The notes beneath the pieces were generated by a model. The model made no database searches, was not told the DNA's origin, and saw nothing but the letters and a program-made list of their open reading frames with translations. Source: the human T2T-CHM13v2.0 reference genome, Homo sapiens. Taken from it: a stretch of 64,000 nucleotides of DNA. Positions within the stretch are counted from its first letter, which is position 1. Each line of letters opens with the position of its first letter. The stretch lies in NCBI RefSeq assembly GCF_009914755.1, contig NC_060947.1; one strand, given 5' to 3'. The translations under genes and the position numbers were made by a program. Below are positions 48,495-64,000 of the stretch, piece by piece.

Positions 48495-50617
48495 GTACAT
48501 TTTTAAAAATAAAATATAAGTTCCCGATTCAGGTACAATTTAATTTAGTGCTTTGCTAAAAATTTCTAGTAATGGGTATATGTATACTTTTCCCACACTG
48601 GACAGGGTGAAACATAAATAGATTGACATTTAACTATATTTTACCTAGTAAATAAAGAAGGAAATTTATTTTACCTTTGAATTTTATTATACATAAATGT
48701 TATTATTCTTCTGAAAATACAGGTTTTATTTTTATTGTTAAATATGTGTGTTGCACTGCTCCATTATAAAATAGTCGTTTTTACTGAGAAGCAGGGAAGA
48801 TGAATCCGTTGATTCATCATGTAAGAGAAAATAATGTAAGAGAACACTAAAGTCTCAGAATTTTTCATGAAATTGAAATAAGATTGGTCCCATAGTCTTA
48901 AATAGTCTTTCCTGTCATGCTTGTATTACTTATCAATTTGGATTCCTAGGAAATGTTATAGTTTTTGCTATAATTAGATATTTTCTATTAATATCAAAAT
49001 CCAGTACCTTATAAGTATTGTTTACTGATTTGATAATAGAGTGCTTTGTTTATGATTAGATCCTTTATTTATTTGCTTGTGAATTTCACAGATGATTTTG
49101 TTACTATACAGGTAGCTTCTCAATCTCATAATAGATCGTTATGGTTCATTAATTTTTGGTATTTTATTTCAACATGATTATTTCACTAATTATTGTAGAA
49201 GTGATAGTTTAGTTGAGGATATTACTTTTTGTCTGAATGAGTCCTTGCAGTTGAAAAATGGAAATAATCCATACTCTCATGCCCTTGGAATTAGCACCTT
49301 TATCATTCATTTGTCTGATTTGTCACATTATGCCTTAGAATATGAGAATATAAATTTTGGAAGATAGAGAGGTGTGAAAATTAGTTTCTTTTTTTTAGAT
49401 TATATACACTGGAGATTGTTGTGCTGTATTTGTTGTTCTTTGTAAATTGAAGTTCATATGCACACACAAATCTGGGGTGATTAGACTATTCTGAAGAATT
49501 TTGACATTTAAAAAAAGTTACTACTATTAGGCCTACCTTTCTTTTTTCTCATTTGATATCGCAGACCTCACATTTAAAGAATTTTTCAATGATTCAAGTG
49601 ATTGCCATTTATTATAATCACTGTTTAACGTTAAAAAATTGCTTGTAGCAAAGTGTTCATGCTTATAGCAAATTATTCATATAGTAAAATAAGGTAGTTT
49701 AACAAATGTAAATCTCCCTTCAATCTCAGACTTACAGCATTTTGCCCAGATAAAATCATTAATTCTAATTTTTCACATTTTCTCCTAGAAATAGTCTATG
49801 CCTCTCAACACATATGTGCATTTATCATTTTTTGTTTTTTATTCCTTGCTGTTTTCACCAACTGTGCCTAAAGATTATTCTGTAGGTGCTTGTGTTTATC
49901 TACTGTGTTCTTTTTACATACTGCATAGAATTTTGTGTATGGGCCTATCTTAATTTAATTAATCCCATATCAATGGCTATTTAGATTAGTTCTAGTCTTT
50001 TGCTTGTTTAAGAAATGCTGTGGTGAACATGACTCCATATATGCTGTTTTTCACAAATTCTACAAGTAAAATTCCTGGATAAAATGCTGTGTACATTTAC
50101 AAATTTTAAAGATAGTATGAAATTACATTCTGATGAGTTTGTATCAGTTTATAATGTCACAAAGAATATATATGAATATCTGTTTTCCCAAAATCTTTGC
50201 CCACCTCAGAGGTGAAAATGGTAAATCATTGTTGTTATAATTTTTGCTTTTTGAATATGGAGTGAGATTGAGCACATTTTCTTATATTCACAGGCAATTT
50301 TATTTTACTTTCATTTTAAAAAATAATTTTAACTCTTATTCTGTATTCAGGGGGTACATGTGCAGGATTGTTACATGGGTATGTTGCATGATTCTGAGGT
50401 TTGGGACGCAAATGATCCCATCATCCAGGTAGCAATGAGCATAGTACTTGACCATTAGTTTTTTAATCCTTGCCCTCTTCCCTCCCTCTGTTCTCTATTA
50501 GCCCCCAGTGTCTATTCCCATCTTTGTGTCCAAGAATACCCAGTATTTAGCTCCCACTTATAAGTGAGAACATGCAGTATTTAATTTTCTGTTCCTGCAT
50601 TAATTTGCTTAGGATAA

Positions 50618-51007
<390 letters not shown>

Positions 51008-51447
51008 AGGATATGATTTTTTTTTAATTACGGCTGCATAGTATTCCATGGTGTATATGTACCACATTTTCTTTATCCAGTCCATTGTTGATGGGCACCT
51101 AGGTTGATTCCTTGTCTTCGCTATTGTAAACAGTGCTGTGATGCACATAAAAGTGCATGTGTCTTTTGGGGGAAATGATTTCTTTTCTTTTGGATTTGAA
51201 CCTAGTAATGTGATTGCTGAGTAGAATGGTAGTTCTGTTTTAAGTTATTTGAGAAGTCTCCGAACTGCTTTCTATAGTGGCTGAACTAATTTACATTCTT
51301 ACCAACAGTATATAAGTGTTCTGTTTTCTCCACAGCCTTGCCAGCATCTGTTTGGGTTTTTTTTTTGGCTTTTTAGTAATAGCCATGCTGATTCGTGTGA
51401 GATGGTATCTTGTTGTGGTTTCAATTTTTCATTTCCCTGATGATTAG

Positions 51448-51920
<473 letters not shown>

Positions 51921-54710
51921 TAGACCTTTGTCAGATGCATAGTTTGTGAATATTTTCTTCCATTGTGCAGGTTGTCTGTTTATCCTGTTAATAGTTTATT
52001 TTGTTGTGCAGAAGCTCTTTAGTTTAATTAAGTTCGATTCATCAATTTTTGTTACAGTTGCTTTTGAGAACTTAGTCATGAGTTATTTCCCAAGGCAGAT
52101 GTCCAGAATGGTGTTTCCTAGGTTTTCTTATAGGATTTTCATAGTTTGAGGTCTTACATTTAATTCTTTAATCCATTTTGACTTTTTGTGTATGGTAAAA
52201 GAGAGGCTTTCGGTTTTGTTCTTCTGCATATGGCTAGCCAGCTATCACAGTGCCATTTATTGAATAGGTAGTCCTTTCTCCATTGTTTATTTTTGTTTGA
52301 CTTTGTCAAAATTCAGATGGCTGTAGGTGTGCAGCTTTATTTCTTGGTTCTCTTAGTCTGTTCCATTGGTCTATGTGTCTATTTTTGTACCAGTACCATG
52401 CTGTTTTGGTTACGGTAGCCTTGTAATATAGTTTGAAGGCAGGTAATGTGATGCCTCTGGCTTTCTGCTTTTCGCTTAGGATTGCTTTGGCTATTTGGGC
52501 TCTTTTCTGATTCCATGTGAATTTTAGAATAGTTTTTTTTTTCTAAGCCTGTGAAAAATGACATTGGTAGTTTGGTAGGAATAGTATTGAATCTGTAAAT
52601 TGCTTTGGGCAGTATGACCTTTTTAATGATATTGACTCATCCAATTTATGAGCATGAGATGTTCTTCCATTTGTTTGTGTCATTCATTATTTCTTTTAGT
52701 AGTTTTTTGTGGCTCTCCTTGTAGAGATCTTTCACCTTCTTGATTAGATGTGTATGCCTAGGTATTTCATTTTTTTTTTTTGGCCTATTGTAAATGATAT
52801 TGTGTTCTTGTTTTGGCTCTCAGCTTGAGAGTTATTAGTATGTAGAAATGACACTAGCTTTTGTAAGTTGAGTTTGTATTTTGAAACTTTACTGAAATTT
52901 TTTATGTGTTCCAGGAACCTTTTGGCAGAGTCTTTAGTGCTTTCTAGGTATAGGATCATATCGTCTGTGAGGAGAAATAGTTTGACATCTTTTCCTATTT
53001 GGATATCTTTTATTTCTTTCTCTTGCCTGATTACTCATCCAAGGGCTTCCAGTACTATGTTTAATAGGAACGATGAGAGAGGGCATCCTTGTCTTATTCC
53101 AGTTCTCAAGGGGAGTGCTTCCAGCTTTCCTCCATTCAGTATGATGTTGGCTGTGGGCTTGTCATAGATAGCTCTTATTATTTTGAGGTGTACCTAGTTT
53201 CTTGTGGATTTTTATCGTGAAGGGATGCTGGATCTTATTGATGGCTTTTTCCATGTCTATGGAGATGATCATATGGTTTTTGTTTTTAATTCTGTTTATG
53301 TGATGAATCACACTTATTTATAGATGTTGATAAACATTGAATCCCAGAAATAAAGCCTACTTGATCTTGCCAGAGTAACTTTCTGATGTTGTGCTTGATT
53401 TGGTTTGCTGGTATTTTGTTGAGAATTTTTGTGTCTATGTTCATTAGAGATAGTGGCCTGTAGTTTTCATGTTCTGTTGTTTCTTTGCCAGGTTTTGCTA
53501 TCAGGGTGATGCTGGCTTCATAGACTTATGGAGGAGTCCCTACTCTTCAATGTTTTGAAACAGTTTCAGTAGAATTGGTACCAGCTCTTCTTTCTATGTC
53601 TGGTAGACTTCAGCTGTGAAACTGTCTGTTCTGGGTGTTGTTGTTTGTTTGTTTGTTTGTTTGTTTGTTTTTGTCATTTTTTTTTAATTTAAATTACTGA
53701 TTTAATTGTGGAACTCAATATTTGTCTGTTCCGGGTTTCAGCTTCTTCCCGATTCAATCTTGGGAGGTTGTGTGTTTCCAGGAATTTATCTATCTCCTCT
53801 ATATTTTGTAGTTGGTTTGCACAGAAGTATACATAACAGTCTCTGAGGATCTTTTGTTTTTCTGCAGGATCATTTGTAATGTCACCTTTGTTGTTTCTTA
53901 TTGTGCTTATTTGGATGGCCTCTTTTTTTCTTTTTTAATCTAGGTAGCGGTCCATTTATCTTGTTTATGCATTCAAAGAATCAACTTTTGGTTTAGTTAA
54001 TTCTTTGTGTGGATTTTTGGGTATCAATGTCATTCCGTTCTTCTCTGGTTTTATTCATTTCCTATGCTAGCTTTTGCATTGATTTGCTCTTGTTTTTCTG
54101 CTTCCTCTAGGTGTGAAGCTAGATCTTTAATTTGAGATTTTTCTAACTTTTTCAGGTAGGCCTATAGTGCTATTAACTTCCCTTTTAATACTGCTTTTGC
54201 TGCATCCTCAAGATTTTGGTATGTTGTGTCTCTTTTCATTTATTCCAAAAAAATTTTTATTTTCTGTAAAGGCATAAAATTTCTTTTTCTGTAAACTTCC
54301 CCCTCCATTTCTTTGCATATTTTCTATTGAGCATTTACGCTTTTGATTATGGACTTATTTGAATTGAATGCTACAAGAATCATAGATTTTATAAAATTTT
54401 AGAGTTAGTCTGGATCTTAGAAGTTATTAAACACAGACTCTTTGTTTTACCAATGAAGAAACTGAAGTAAGAGACAATGAGGTAAGTGTAAAACCCATTA
54501 AAGATAGCGTGGTATAGTAGGAAAAGCCAGAGGAAATAAATTCACACATACTTGCATTCCAGCTGTGATACTTGTAACCTCGGAGACTGAATTTTCTCAT
54601 ACATAAAATGAATAGGCTAATGTTTACCTGGTAGTATTGTGAGAATTAAACAAGGTTATATATTTAAAGCACTCAGCACATTGGTATCCCTTTCATTTAA
54701 CTTGATGCTC

Positions 54711-54763
54711 TGTGTGTGTGTGTATGTGTGTGTGTGTGGGTGTGGGTGTATGTGTGTGTGTGT
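54711..54763. repeat. (TG)n microsatellite
   Basis: Seen directly. Confidence 0.9.
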
Positions 54764-56114
54764 CTTAGTTATTGATGCTTCAGTACAACTGTTAATTCAG
54801 CAAAATTTACTGCTCTTCTTTTCAGCACTTGGTAGAGCTAATCAGTCAGAATTGAAGCAATTCTTACTGCAGCTGCCAAAACCTAATCAAACCAAATCAA
54901 AACCAAACAAAATTCATACAAAACCTCTCATGTATGTATTGCTGAGAATGCTTTATTTTCATTCCTCTTAACGTTGATTCTTTGAATTTTCTCTTTCACG
55001 CTACTATGACTTCCCTAATTGTGGATATTTAAGTAGAAATCTGGACAGTATCACCTTTCAGAACCATTACTTTTACTAAAATTTACTTCTGAAAGGACAT
55101 ATACAGGATCAATTATGCATCATAGCCTATTTCAGACATGCACACCATAGCTAAAACAAATTTTAATGATACTAAACTGCCATTCTTTTGTAACACACAG
55201 TAACTATTGATTGATGTTACTGTAACTGCTGAAGTTCCTTGTCATTCGCAGTGCCTTGATTCATACTGTGGTCAATAGGTGGCAGGTTTAGTAAGAAATC
55301 AGCAGGAGGGTCTGCTTTCATGAAACTTAAACTTCACCGCCTGGGTTTTCTTTTCTCTAGGGCACCTTTTTCCCCCGGTTTGCTGTTCGTTGCAGCTCAC
55401 TCAGCTGCATTCTGGAAGGAGCATCATTCCTGTTTTTGCTAATAGCTGTTTCAAAACCTCTTAGACCAGTGTTCTAAAACCTCTGATTATTTTTCACTAC
55501 TGCAAGAACATAGGAGAGCTCATGCCTCTGTCCTCACTACGTGTACTGTAAAGCACTACAAGTCTATTTTTCAGGAACTTGTTTAAGAGCTAAATAGGAG
55601 CTTTAAAACACACTAGTTCTCATATCTATAATATTTAAATGTTTAAATATTTAATATGTGAAAGTAGCATAAAATTATACTTCCTATTTAAATTAGTTTT
55701 AGAGAAAATTATTTTTAATGTTTTATTTAAAAACAGATTATTTCTGTTGTAGGAAAGAATGGATGTCTTGTTTCATTTAGGTTAAGTTTGTAGAGTATCT
55801 ATTATGTGTGAGGTTCTATACTAAATGGGAGGGAAAGAAATGAATAAGATCTTGTCCAGGCACCAGGGAACTCACAATCTACTGAGAGAGGTAGGAGGAT
55901 GCCCAGTATACTTAGTCAAGTTGTAGTAAATGTTAGAGTAGATACTTTTTAAAAAGCTACTGGGGTACAAAAACAAATAATTAATTTTGAGTAGGGTCAA
56001 TGGAGATCCTAGAGGTAGTATAATTAGAGTTGGGACTTGAAATTTTAATAGAATTTCTATAGGGAAAGAAGGAAGGAAAGACGGCATTCTAGCTAGAGAA
56101 TACCATCAGTAAAA

Positions 56115-57445
<1,331 letters not shown>

Positions 57446-57638
57446 TTAATAAGGAGGGGTGAAATGCATACTGCCTTGAAGGCACGGGCAGTCAGCCTTG
57501 GGTCAGGACTCTGGAATGAAGAGACTTTGTGGCGTAGGTGGCAAGGAAACTTCACGCTGAAGAATTAGGGTTTTATTCTTTAAGCATTAGTGATTTAGTA
57601 ATTTGGTGATTAGCCCTTGAATAGGCTTTTTGTGGACA

Positions 57639-57690
57639 GATAGGTGATGGGAATATATGGATAGGTGATGGGAATATATGGATAGGTGAT
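57639..57690. repeat. 21-bp tandem repeat GATAGGTGATGGGAATATATG, about 2.5 copies
   Basis: Perfect copies, seen directly. Confidence 0.9.
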
Positions 57691-58886
57691 AGATCATTGA
57701 TTGTGAGTAAATATCAGTAGACTAGGTAAGATATGATGATATCCTGACTAGTATGAATTCTTAATCTGCATCTCTAAGGTCTATTCTAGTTCCCAAATCT
57801 TGTACCTTCATGCTTATGACATTTACGTTCTACTCACAAGCCATAATAATGTCATATTACAAAATATGTTTCAAAATACTCTCTGAATTCATGAAATATA
57901 TATGTTAGAAACAGCTGGAGAATATCCTGTTAGTAGCTTTGAATATGTATCATATATGTAAGTGTTGGAATTTGTATATATGTTCTAGTTTTGTTTATTA
58001 TTCAATTTGATGATATTTGGGGGCATAGAATCATCAAGGCTAGAATGGTAGTGTCACTCTCCTTTAAAAACTATAGTAATTATAGACAATAATGATATTA
58101 TATAAGATTTAAAGTAATGATGGTTGATATTAACTAAATTTGAAATAATAATAAAATATGTAGCTTATAACTGCTAATTCTAATTAGAATTTCTAGGGTT
58201 CTCTAGAGGCTTCAGGAAGAACAAAGATAGTGTGGGTAGAAGTTGTAAGCAATTTCTTTGCTTTTAATGTTGCTTGGAGGAAATACAAGAAATAAACATA
58301 AGAGCTTAATAAAATTTAGCTTCTTTAATAATATATTTCTATAGTGAAATTTAGCTTTAATAATAACAGAAAATTGAGGTGTTATAAATATTTGAAATGC
58401 ATATAAATGTCATTTTGCAGTGCTTGAAATATTGGACATAGCTTCAACCTTATGGTGTAACTGAGATTGAAGTTGTGTGTATGTAAAAGCACTTTTTCTT
58501 TAGGATCATATTTTAATGTGTGTTTCTTAGTCTAAGAATCAACTGGCTGCTTCTGAAGACACCCACCCTTGCTTGGTTGCTCAATACAGTCTTCTATATT
58601 TAGTGAACTAATGAAAAGACAAAAGAGTGGTAAAGTGTAATTCATCTTTGCCTTCATAATATAGAAATTCTTGCAATTGACTTGAAATTAATGAGATGTC
58701 AGTCTCAGAGTGCACAGCCCTTGTAAGATGGTGCTAACGTGTCCAGAGAGAGTTCGTGTCCTAACAAATAATTTGTCATCTTAATGGCACAACATGCATC
58801 CTTCTGTAGTATAAGCTTTAATGTATATGGTAACAAACCAGGAAGGCTTAATTCTTTCAGGCAGCAAACTAAAAACCATACTTAAC

Positions 58887-59248
58887 TATCTTAGTGTGTT
58901 TGGGCTGCTATCACAAAATACCATAAATTGGGTAGCTTATAAACAACAGAAATTTATTTCTCACGCTTCTGGAGACTAAGAATCCAAGATCAAAATACTG
59001 GTATATTTGGTGTCTTTTGAGGGCCTACTTTCTGGATTATGGAGGGTAGCTTCTTTCTGTAACTTCACATGGTGGAAGTGGTGAGCTGTCTTTCTGAAGT
59101 CTTTGTTTTAAGGGCACTAATACAATCATGAAGGCTCTGCCCTCGTGACATAATCACTTCTCATAGGCCCCACCTCCTGATACCATCACCTTGTGTGTAG
59201 GTTGGAACATATGAATTTAAGGGGGACATAAACCTTCAGTCCATTGCA
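58887..59248 (-). mobile_element. MaLR solo LTR (MLT1A-like)
   Basis: tcttagt...gggctgctatcacaaaataccataa...acagaaatttatttctcac...ggggacataaaccttcagtccattgca. Confidence 0.8.
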
Positions 59249-59264
59249 ATACCTGTACATAATT

Positions 59265-59712
<448 letters not shown>

Positions 59713-60972
59713 CATAATTTCATCATTTTAATTATATCTAAAGTTTTTTGGATTTCTAAATATAAATAATTGTTTTTGTATATCACTTTACCAAAGTGTT
59801 TTTTTTTTCATTATGGACATTTTAAGTGTTTCAACTTATGATGACACACATTAATTTCCAGTTGTCATTTTCTAGCATTAATCACCTATTTTATGTAAAA
59901 GAAGGAACAAGGGATGTTTCAGCCAGAGATACATGACGTTGTTTAAGTATAAGTCACCAATTGTAGAGAGAAAGAGAGTATCTTCTGCCTTCTAAGCAAA
60001 TAGACTTCAAAATAGCTCCGTCTTTACATATTGACAATATGTGGTGAGTGTACTACTTCTATTAATATAATACCATCTCTACAACATCTAGTAACAGCAA
60101 TAATAGTAATAATTATAATTAAAACAATAATAAATTTATTAAACATTATATCCCAAGAGCGATTATAATTATTTTAAATTCATATCATACCAACCTCATA
60201 CCAACCCTAGGTACTTGTATTGTTGTTTTGTCGGTTAAGAAACTGAGACTCTGGGAGATTAAGCAATATTTTGTTTACATATCTAGTAAGTGGCAAAATG
60301 GTGATTTGAGCCCAAGTTTGTTCTTAATCTTAATCACTTCTGTATGCTGTAACAATGACTTTTAATGGCTTCTATGCCCTTAGTAATTTGTGCATTTTGT
60401 TGCACTGTTAACTGATCCCTTTTTCATATGGTTAATCATATAGTTCCACATATATTGTATTATCTTGTGAAATATGTAATCCTATTATCATGGCACTAAA
60501 GATAGTTCTTCAGAGCTCAAACCAAAACTAGGAAGCTGTACGTTATCCATGGAAAGAAATAAGGTTCTTTCTATAATTTAGATTTTTTTAGGCATTTTCT
60601 ATGTAGAATCTGTCAGTGGTAAAACGTTGCCGTGACTTGAAGTCTGTCTTTTCTAATAATGAGGGAAGGAATGTGGTCTTCATGTCATTAGGCATTTGGT
60701 AATGATATATTAATATAGTTGAGATGCATAAAGTAATGAAATCAATTTTTCACTTTGACTCTTTTGAAGGTAGCTTCATAACATTACAGACACCTTGTGT
60801 TATTTTAATATGACACTTTTAGCTATGAGTTAATGAGACTGCCTTTCCCCATTTCAGTGATTTTTGCTGATAAATATATAGATTAAGCACAATAACAAGT
60901 GTTCTGTTAATAGCATTTCTAAGTCATATAGCTTCTCATTCATATTTGGAATCATTATTCTAAGTTAATTAG

Positions 60973-61281
<309 letters not shown>

Positions 61282-61969
61282 TAGTTTTATATTGGCAAAT
61301 AGAAATTATTTACATTGAAATCCAGTGGGAAATTGTAATATTGCTGTATAAAACTACAAAGAGGTGTGCTTTGTTCTTACTGGATATTAATGGCAGTTAA
61401 ACTAGTTCCAGAGTATATCTTGCATGATATAAGAAGAATAAGAGATTTGTCTGATTTAAGAAATTAATTTAGAGAGGTTCAAATCTGGTAGCTTTTCTGA
61501 AGCATTCTATACAGGTAATCTTCCATTTAGTCAATTAATCCTTGTTGGTGAGAAAAATTTAATGCATTCTTTTCAAACCGTATTTCAGTAATTTGTGTTC
61601 ATTACTCAGTTTTGCCTAATTTAAGGATAGCCCCATTTATATTATTATTATTATTATCATTATTACAGTAATCACTAATGTTCTTTTTAGAACAATGCTT
61701 ATCATCTTGTAAAGTAGGTGTGCTGATTGAGCAAGCTAAATTTTGTTATTAGGTGTCTGGCAAACACCTAATGGGAGATGTCCCAGGAAATTCAAAATTA
61801 TAACAGAAAAATATCTCGTCTATTTTAATGCATGCTTCTAGGAATACAGCTGCACTTGAAAACAGATTCACATTTTGTGTATGACTATTATGTTGAAAGA
61901 ACTTTAACTTTTTATTTTATTGTTGTGAATAATATTAATTATTAATTATTAATAAATATTAATATTAAT

Positions 61970-62510
61970 TATGGCTGCATAACCCAATATCCCCAAATTT
62001 AGCAATTAATAGAACACTCATTTATTTTCTCACAGATTCAGGAATCTTGGCAGATCTCAGCTCAGTCCTCTGTTTCAAAGTTCCTCACAAGGCTGCATAG
62101 AAGATGTTGTCAGGGTTGTGGTCCTGTGTGAAGGCTTGACTGGTGAATGATTTGTTCCTAAGCTCATTCATATGATTGGCAGGATTCAGTTCCTCCAGAG
62201 TGATTGGACTGAGGGCCTTCATTCTTGGATGTTTGTTGTCCAGAACCCACCCTTGGTTCCTTGATCATGGACCTCTCAGTAGGGCAGCTCATAAAAGTCC
62301 ATTTGCTTCATCAGAGTGAAAGCCAAGGAGTGAAGACAAAGAATGAAAGCAAGTCATTCATAAGGAAGTCACAGTCTTTTATAGCCTAATTTCGTCATTA
62401 ATAACATGTAACTAGGTTCAACCCTTACACACTGATAGGGGAATTACTCAAGGGCATGACTACCAGGATGCAGGAAACATTTGGGAGTCATTTAAGAAGC
62501 TGCATACTCA
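61970..62510. mobile_element. Old MaLR LTR (MLT1F/G-like)
   Basis: ctgcataac...ccccaaatttagc...catttattttctcacag...caggattcagttcct...ggactgagggcc...agggcatgactaccagga. Confidence 0.6.
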
Positions 62511-63094
62511 CATGGATATATACAATTTGATTTTAACAAATGTTATGATATCTCTTTCTTTGATGACTTCAACAGAATCCTAATTGGTCTTTCTGCCTTC
62601 TCTCCTGTTTTGTGATAATCATGGCATTCCCATGTTTGGAACATTTCACTGACTACCTCTTCAGGAGGAGATTGAAACTCCTTGTCATGTGTTTCAAGGT
62701 TATTTACCTTTTCACTCCCACTAAAATGTACTTAGACTGAACTCCTTTGTTCCTGGAACAGAGACACTTAAAAGACTTGGAGACTTCTCCCTGAACACAG
62801 TTTAATTTAACCAATTCTTCATTTGGCTTGTATTTAGATGACACTTCCATCAGAATGCAGCCTTCACAATTTACTATCGTCTTGACTCATTCACCTCCCT
62901 CATTAGACACTGAGCTTGCAGGAAGGAGGAAGCATTTCTGTTTACTATTGTTTTCTCGCATGTACCACAGCTTCTGGCAAATATAAGTATGTAACACACA
63001 AATGAGTTACAGTTATATATACTTAGTTTCATTGCACTAAGACAAGTACAATAAGGTATGAGTACTAACCCATAATTATTTAGTCACATAGTAA

Positions 63095-63936
63095 TGAAAC
63101 AGGAAATTTTCCCAGACTCCTTCACTGGCGGAAACTGGAATGAGGGCACTGGAGCTAGCCAGCTGTTTTGGCTGGCTGCAATTGCTTGGATCTGCTGCAC
63201 TCCACACCTTGCAGGAGGGGGAGCACAGCTGAGTTGGTGCAGGAGCCAGGGTGAGTGCTTCTGAGTGTCAGCAGAAGCAAAACTCTGGTGCGGGCCCTGC
63301 AGCAGCATCTAGAGGGGAGTACCCACAACCCCCGAAGCCCCAGAAGGAGTGTTACAGGCAAAGCGCTTATAGCCATCTGCAGATGGCTTAAGTGTTTAAC
63401 AGCTCAGTGGACCCTGTTCCTTTTCACGAGGGCAGAGAGTCAGTGTAACAGTCTTCTGTAACCTGAACTCTTGTCTGGCATCCAGGAAAAATCAGTTCAC
63501 ACAATTGAATTTAAGGATAGTAAATGTAGGGGATGTTATTGCCAATGGAAGTGGCTCTTAGCCGGAAGGAAAGCTGGGAAAGGGATGGAGCAGGAAGGTA
63601 TTTGTCCCCTGAAGTCCAGCTGTTTCCAGCTGGACTCTTTTCTAAAGTCCTGCCAATCAAGCCGTCCCTCTGAAGTCAAGCTGCTTCTCTCCAACGTTCA
63701 GCTGCTTCTTCTCATCTCCCTTTCTCTGCTCTCAGCCAGTGGAACCTAGGGTTTTTATGGGTACAGGATGGGGGGCAGGGTGGGTCAGAGTTGGTTTTGG
63801 GAAAAGCAACACTCAAGTGGGAAAACGGGGATGAAAAGTTTTCACTGTGGGCCATGGTTCCAGGCTTGAAGGTGGAGCCCTCGCCAGGGACCCTGCCCTT
63901 TTCTGCCTAGAGCTTATCTGTCTCCTATCCCTATCA
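63095..63936. mobile_element. ERV1 solo LTR (MER52-like)
   Basis: TG...CA termini (TGAAACAGGAAATTTTCCC...CCCTATCA); abrupt GC-rich 840-bp block; 4-bp flanks GTAA/GTAG. Confidence 0.72.
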
Positions 63937-64000
63937 GTAGGAACTCACCATCTTTAGTAATTCATTCAGTGTGTGTGTGTATATATCTATGTATATGTAT

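Noticed and set aside
48495-48538. Second donor-like CAG|GTACAA 38 nt after the exon donor
   Set aside because: It would frameshift, and nothing beyond the motif supports its use
57639-57690. Direct repeats considered as a possible CRISPR array
   Set aside because: Head-to-tail tandem with no spacers, in eukaryotic DNA
61929-61972. Pure A/T quasi-palindromic stretch
   Set aside because: Short low-complexity sequence, expected in AT-rich DNA

Overview
This is AT-rich, repeat-dense primate (almost certainly human) genomic DNA from inside a large gene. Nine + strand coding exons splice in frame into the central part of a Diaphanous-related formin (end of GBD/FH3, coiled coil, poly-proline FH1, start of FH2) that I recognise as DIAPH2; neither start nor stop codon is in the window. 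The most notable feature is intron 20631-22544, a minor-spliceosome (U12-type) AT-AC intron, and a frame-compatible GT-AG pair nested inside it could make it twintron-like (hypothesis only). The introns carry an antisense processed NDUFB5 pseudogene whose mature-protein part is still open, a two-LTR THE1 element just upstream of it, a near-pristine AluYg6, nested transposon clusters, two long antisense L1 remnants and compound microsatellites. There is also an old ~120-bp local duplication that I cannot assign to any repeat family. Repeat subfamily names come from remembered consensus sequences and were not checked computationally. I see no CRISPR array, tRNA, rRNA or prokaryotic system, and I cannot claim a wholly undescribed system.
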